NCBI GenBank assembly: GCA_043228905.1
Contig: JBHGNT010000020.1
Span: 6,386,001 to 6,450,000, forward strand
DNA length: 64,000 nt
Source: Azolla caroliniana
Lineage: Eukaryota; Plantae; Polypodiophyta
Reading direction: 5' to 3'
In this document: positions 59,102-64,000 of the stretch, one piece after another
Layout: each line of letters begins with the position of its first letter
How positions within the stretch are numbered: position 1 is the stretch's first letter
Program-made: the position numbers and the translations under genes
The notes under the pieces: model-generated
Database searches by the model: none
What the model saw: only the letters and a program-made list of their open reading frames with translations
Told to the model about the DNA's origin: nothing

Positions 59102-61357
59102 TCTTGTGGATCCAGTTGTCCTATTTTGATTGCCTCGGTGGAGCAAGTCATAATCTCATCTGCAAAATAAGCCTCATACTGAGTAAGTCCTGCTACAATA
59201 ATTCCCTGTTTGCTGCCTTCTCTGAGGACAAGAAGCCTTCCTGGAGATAGTAGATCTCTCACAGACTCGTTGTATACTTTGAGGTAGGAAAGCCGGGCCA
59301 CGAAGTCTTTGTCTCCACATGGCTGGTGAAGCTTCAGGAATAGATCTTTGAGGGCGAGCACCATAACTCCAGGATTGTTGGTAGTTCCAAGCATAGTGTG
59401 TGTCTTCCATGCGCCTGTATCTCCATAGCAGAAAACATATTCATTACGCCCTTGCAGAACCCCTTCTACATGTTCTATTGTGTTGACATTGTAGACTTCT
59501 ACAAGTTCAATACTTCTCATAAGCTCTGATCTCGATGAAGAATTAGCTTCTCTGCACACACGGTACCCTTCCACATGGAAGTTCATGTCTTCTCAGATCC
59601 ATGCATATTATCTCTGCTTCGAATAGCTCCATCTTTCAAAGATGGTTACATGATGATTCCATCGACCTAGTTAGAGACCGCCTCCCTCTCCATCATTTGC
59701 CGATGATGAATGAGCGTCTGCCTGATGGAACCTTTGAGAAATATGCTTATGTCCCCGTGCACCAATGGAAAAACTCAGAGAAGACACTGATGCAAGAATT
59801 TCCAAGCTTCAAAAGTTTACATTTTCGTTCATAAACTCTCCACCTGACCTGGATTCTTCAGACGCACTTCAAACAGCAGTAAGACTTGATGACATAACAA
59901 AAGTTCTTGTCAATGGGGTAGTGTTGAGATCTCCATTGCAGACCGACTCTCACACACCAACCACACTCACTAACATAGACCGGCAGACGTGCACGGAGAG
60001 GGAGAGTGAGGGATAGACTTCCTCTCAAGGGAGGGTCAGCCATTCAGGCGTGCCAAAAGTGTTGTTGCGGTGGGGGGGTGAAGCGTAGAATGGCTTTACC
60101 CCCTCCCAAGGGGGTTAAGTTAGAGAGAGAGAGCTAGAGAGAGAAAAACAGAAAATAACACAAATGTGTTATTTCATTACATACCCCATAAGGGGTTTAT
60201 ATAATACATACAATGTAACTGTTACATGACCATTATAAATAAGACCGTTACACATGCTTGGACACATGCACAATTATGTGCATGTGTCCATACACATACT
60301 CATCCTCACACACTCATTTACTTTACACATACACAACAACCACATCATTACACATACCTTATGCGTCCCCGTATATTCTTAAGGTAACAGGGCGATTGTC
60401 TCATCCAGATTTAGGATCAGTTGGCTATTAGCTATTGTCATGCAGAATACCTCCCAACTCGCCGGCAACCTTGATAGGAGGAACAAGGCTTTTACTTCTT
60501 CTTTGAAGTTGATCCCTTGTGAGGAGAGTTCTTGCAACACCCGAGTGAAGGTGTTGATGTAAGAGGTAGCCAGATTTGTCTCTCTCATGTTCATGTTGAA
60601 TAATTGTTTGATCAAGATCAGTTTTGAAGATGAGGACTTTTTCTTGTACACGGCTTGTAGCTTCTTCCATAATGAGAACGTTGTTGTCTCTTTTGCCATG
60701 TTGAAGTAGACGTTTTCGGCTAAGTGCATTCGAATGGTGGAGTGTGCGATTTCGCCCATTAATCTCCACTCATCGGCTGACATTGAAGTAGGATTTTCGG
60801 AGTGTCCAATGACCTTGTCTTGTCTTCGAATAATCAGTACATCCTGCATCATCTCCTTCCATAGTGTAAAGTTTTTGGCATCGAATTTTCGGATCTGAAC
60901 TCTTGTATCAAATGTTGATGGCATGATTCTTTTGAAAGTGAGATTTCCTAACCTAGTCTTTTTTTTCTTTTCAGCCCCCTGTTTTTTGTTTGTTTGTTGC
61001 CGCCGAGCCATGGATCACTTTGATACTAGTTGAAAGACAGATATGGGCAGAAACGTATGTGAGGACCTGTCGGTTATGCTCAAGAAACTACACAGAGGGA
61101 AGGCAAGAAGATATAGACAAATGATAGATACACAAATAAAGCTTTAATGAAAGCTCTCTTTATTTCTGTTCTCTCTCTCTCTCAGAGACTCGATGTACAA
61201 GATGATCAAGTTATCTCTACTTTACAACGTTACGTTATTGCTTATATACTAAGACCTAACTATATGTACAAGTTCACACTAGGATACAAAGTGGAAGGAG
61301 TCAACCTTTTATGCCAATAGTGCCTTTGCCGGTTTTCCCAGTTCCCGTTATGGTTTC

Positions 61358-62130
61358 CTACTTTCTCCCCTTCAAGTGCGGGATATCAAGATGATGAAGA
61401 CCAAGCATCTCCGAAAAATGTTGCAACTTGTCCAAGCCGAGAGGTTTGGTGAAGATGTCGGTAGTGTGTCGATTCGTCAGAACATGCATAAGTTCGACTT
61501 CACTGGAGAGGACACGTTGACAGATAAAATAGTAGTGCACCTCAATGTGCTTGGTCCGGGTGTGAAAAAAGGGGTTCTTCGCCAACTGGATGTTGTTGAG
61601 GTTGTCACAGTAGATCGTTGTCGGATCGGACACCTCCAACTATAGATCCTTTAGGAGCCTCTTGAGGTATATGGCTTTGCATGTCACAACAACCACTCCT
61701 CGGTGCTCGACAATGCTACTATCGGCTGCTTCTTACTGCTCCAAGCGACTGTGGCGGTTCCAAGTGAAAATGCATATCCGAACATAGACCTACGGTCGCC
61801 GGCATTTTTGGCCCAATTGGCATTTGTGTAGCCGACAAGCTATCCGGCTACACCAGTCTAATACAACAACCTCCTATCCTGATGTACCTAAGTATTTGGT
61901 GCAAGCACTAATGGTGCTCCACCGTTGGGTGCACCATAAATTGACGAATCAGTCCGACCGGATAGCTGAGGTCTGGTTAGGTGATGGTCAGATATATGAG
62001 GTTTCCGATTATTTTTTAGAACCGTGTTGGGTCGCATGTGGTTTCAGAGTCGGGGCAAAGCTTCACATTCCTATCCAGACGAGTTGAGATGGACTTGCAT
62101 TTCATCATACTGAACTTGAAGTGGCATTGA
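61358..62130 (-). mobile_element. Degenerate copia RT/RNase H fragment
   Basis: IYCDN…HTRTKHIEVHYYF…DIFTKPLG; same subfamily as the copia at 24560-25123. Confidence 0.8.
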
Positions 62131-62135
62131 CCAAA

Positions 62136-62873
62136 TGTGGCTATGCTAAGATGGATTGTATATGTAAGTTCGCTTAATCTGGAGGTACGACACATCTCAG
62201 GGAAAGAAAACACGATGGCAGATATGCTATCAAGGGAACGGTTCAGAGATGATGTAGCTGAATCATATAATGAAGAAGTTTCCGAAGACTACTTTACGTC
62301 GGAGCACATATGTCGGGTGATCGCAATCCGGGAGTTCCCGGAAGTCAAATACGAGGGAGAAAGCTTGTTGATTGAGAAATTGCTACAAAAAATCGAGGAA
62401 TCATCGAAAAATAAGGAAAAGAGAGCTAAGATCCAAAGGAAGAAACGAAAAGTTCGGAAGTTCTTCTTGAACAATGGATTAATCTGGAGGGAGCTGAAAA
62501 GACCAGATGGCATACCACTACGGGTAGTCGGCACAAAGGAACAATAGAAACATGTAATATCTAAATTTCATGAATCCGATTGGGCTGAACATTGAGGACC
62601 ATGGGCGACATTTACAAAGATCAAGCAAAAATATTGGTGAAAGAAAATGTACAAGGATATAGCAAAGTTCATTGAAAATTGCGAGAAATGTCAAATCTAC
62701 TACGGAGTTCAACACCAGGATGAATTACATTCAACATTCTCACCAGCAATCAACTTTAAATGGATTTTCTACATCGTGGCCATGCCAACCAGGATCGGAC
62801 AAAAGAAATTCTTGGTGCTAGCTCAAGAGGATCTAATAAACCAAGTAGAGGGTCAGGTGCTACGAAGAAAAAT
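62136..62873 (+). mobile_element. Degenerate gypsy RNase H-integrase fragment
   Basis: AMLRWI…HISGKENTMADMLSR…FHES.W…CEKCQ…EDLINQVEG; related to the 31859-38613 family. Confidence 0.8.
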
Positions 62874-64000
62874 TGTTGTTGGGTGGGGGGTGAAACCTAG
62901 AATGGCTTCACCCCCCTCCTAACAGGGTTACGATAGTGAGAGAACTAGAGAGAAAGACAAATGGAAAGTGACACAAAATGAGAGGGGAAAAATGTTATTT
63001 CATTACATACCCCATAGGGGGTTTATATAATACATCCAATGTAACGGTTACATGACCGTTATAAATAAGACCGTTACACATTTTTGTACACATGCACATA
63101 ATTGTGCATGTGTCCATACACATACTCATCCTCACACACTCATTTACTTTACACATACACATCAACCACATCATTACACATACCCTTATTTCTCCCCGTA
63201 TATTCTTACGGGTAACACATGGCACGCCTGTGGGATAGTGCATTGCACGGTGAACCCACTCGCCATGGCAACTCTTCTCGACCGGAACTCCATCAGTCGT
63301 CTCAACGGTTGGAAATCCCTCGACCAGATCATTACTCTACGATTGATAACTTCGATCGGAGCTTTGCTTGACTAGAACCTTCTCGTTCGATCAACCCAAG
63401 TTGCGATTGGATCATACACCAATCGGCTAATTCACTATGGCATGGGTCGTGAAATCGTGTTGTGCATTTGTGTATTCTTTCTTTCATCATGTGAAGTGAG
63501 TTTTATATTTTGTACCCTTTGGTCTTTAAACATTTTCGTTTTTACCCTCAAATTTTTGAGATTTTAATGGATACCCTTGAGCTTGTGAAATTCTCCTCTC
63601 TACCCCACTTCTCTTTCTTATTTCTTTTCTTCTTCGTACACTACTTCTTCGTCTTTTCTTTGGCTGTCTTCGCGGTCGGCACTTGGCCCTTCTCTCGGTC
63701 GCGCGTTTAGGCCGTACTCACGGGCGCGCGTCTCGGCCATACTCTTGACCATGCGTCTCGACTGTGTTCTCGACCGCTCGTGTTGGACGTATTCTTGACT
63801 GCTCTCTCGATCACACCTCTCGGCCACACGTCTTGGCCGTGTGGCTATCCACTCGGGATTAGCTTTACTATGGCCACCCACTTGCTGCCCATCTTCCGTC
63901 TAGAACTTCGCGCTTGATGTGAGGCCTCAGATGGTTTTGCCTAGGTTCTCTGCATCGAATTGATATCATAGAGAGACGAGTGTAGAGAGTTTGCTAAAGG
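62874..64000 (-). mobile_element. LTR (62874-63217) and adjoining internal region of another member of the 47240-60389 family; runs off the window
   Basis: The LTR is homologous to 60060-60389. The following sequence (catggcacgcctgtggga…) is homologous to 52522-52950. Confidence 0.85.

Larger units (their letters stand above)
53345..59945 (-). pseudogene. Intronless (processed) kinesin-8-like motor gene copy, split by the copia at 53983-59101
   Basis: VEGVLQGRN…YGDTGAWKTHTMLGT..NPGVMVLA…SYLKVYNESVRDLL (59170-59480) continues after the TSD as RATETSSR…KLSLIDLAGIER…[27 protein letters not shown]…LLKDSLGG…SFGETHNT.HWVDRAK (53570-53982). Confidence 0.88.
47240..60389 (-). mobile_element. Non-autonomous LTR element carrying a kinesin-8 retrocopy; later invaded by hAT and copia
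   Basis: Similar LTRs at 60060-60389 and 47240-47534 (the latter lacks ~45 bp). TATA (tattatataaacccc) and a CT-rich tract on the minus strand. TGGCACGCCTG next to the 60060 LTR. No gag/pol recognised. Confidence 0.75.
28765..61319 (-). mobile_element. Oldest host: degenerate Ty1/copia surviving as three segments (28765-30029 RT/INT, 45941-47239 INT/PR/gag, 60390-~61319 gag + 5' LTR)
   Basis: The RT is cut at RLKKNLYGL by the next copia's LTR. The integrase continues across the gypsy TSD. The gag (RKFDAKNFTLWK…LNLDETI) resumes below 47240 (LTIDELAEAHHS). Degenerate PBS TAGTATCAAAG near 61020-61029. Confidence 0.78.

Noticed and set aside
59083-59586. Functional kinesin gene
   Set aside because: The P-loop is degenerate (GDTGAWKT), there are frameshifts and stops, the motor N-terminus is missing and a copia interrupts it.

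Overview
Repeat-dense eukaryotic DNA, most likely from a land plant (spliceosomal introns, plant-type tRNA primer sites, a plant kinesin-8 retrocopy). It is almost entirely nested transposable elements, whose boundaries can be read from TIRs, LTRs and target-site duplications (TSDs). The main find is a self-contained 9.0-kb DNA transposon (7609-16635; 36-bp TIRs, TGAA TSD) with two divergent genes. One is a DUF7869/Sola1-like DDD transposase. The other is a 6-exon gene encoding a ParB/Srx-like domain fused to a prokaryote-type beta-class N6-adenine/N4-cytosine DNA methyltransferase, with six 25-bp palindromes in its first intron. This element sits inside a 22.5-kb Sola2-like transposon (1910-24378; 26-bp TIRs, ATTT TSD) carrying a coiled-coil/RING-variant cargo gene, which itself sits in a copia 3' UTR. 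Other notable items: LTR elements with an inverted tRNA-Arg primer-site copy where the polypurine tract should be; a pol-less LTR element carrying an intronless kinesin-8 copy; tRNA-like Pol III modules inside two LTR families; a hAT element; and a nearly intact copia. All family assignments come from motif recognition by eye, without database searches.
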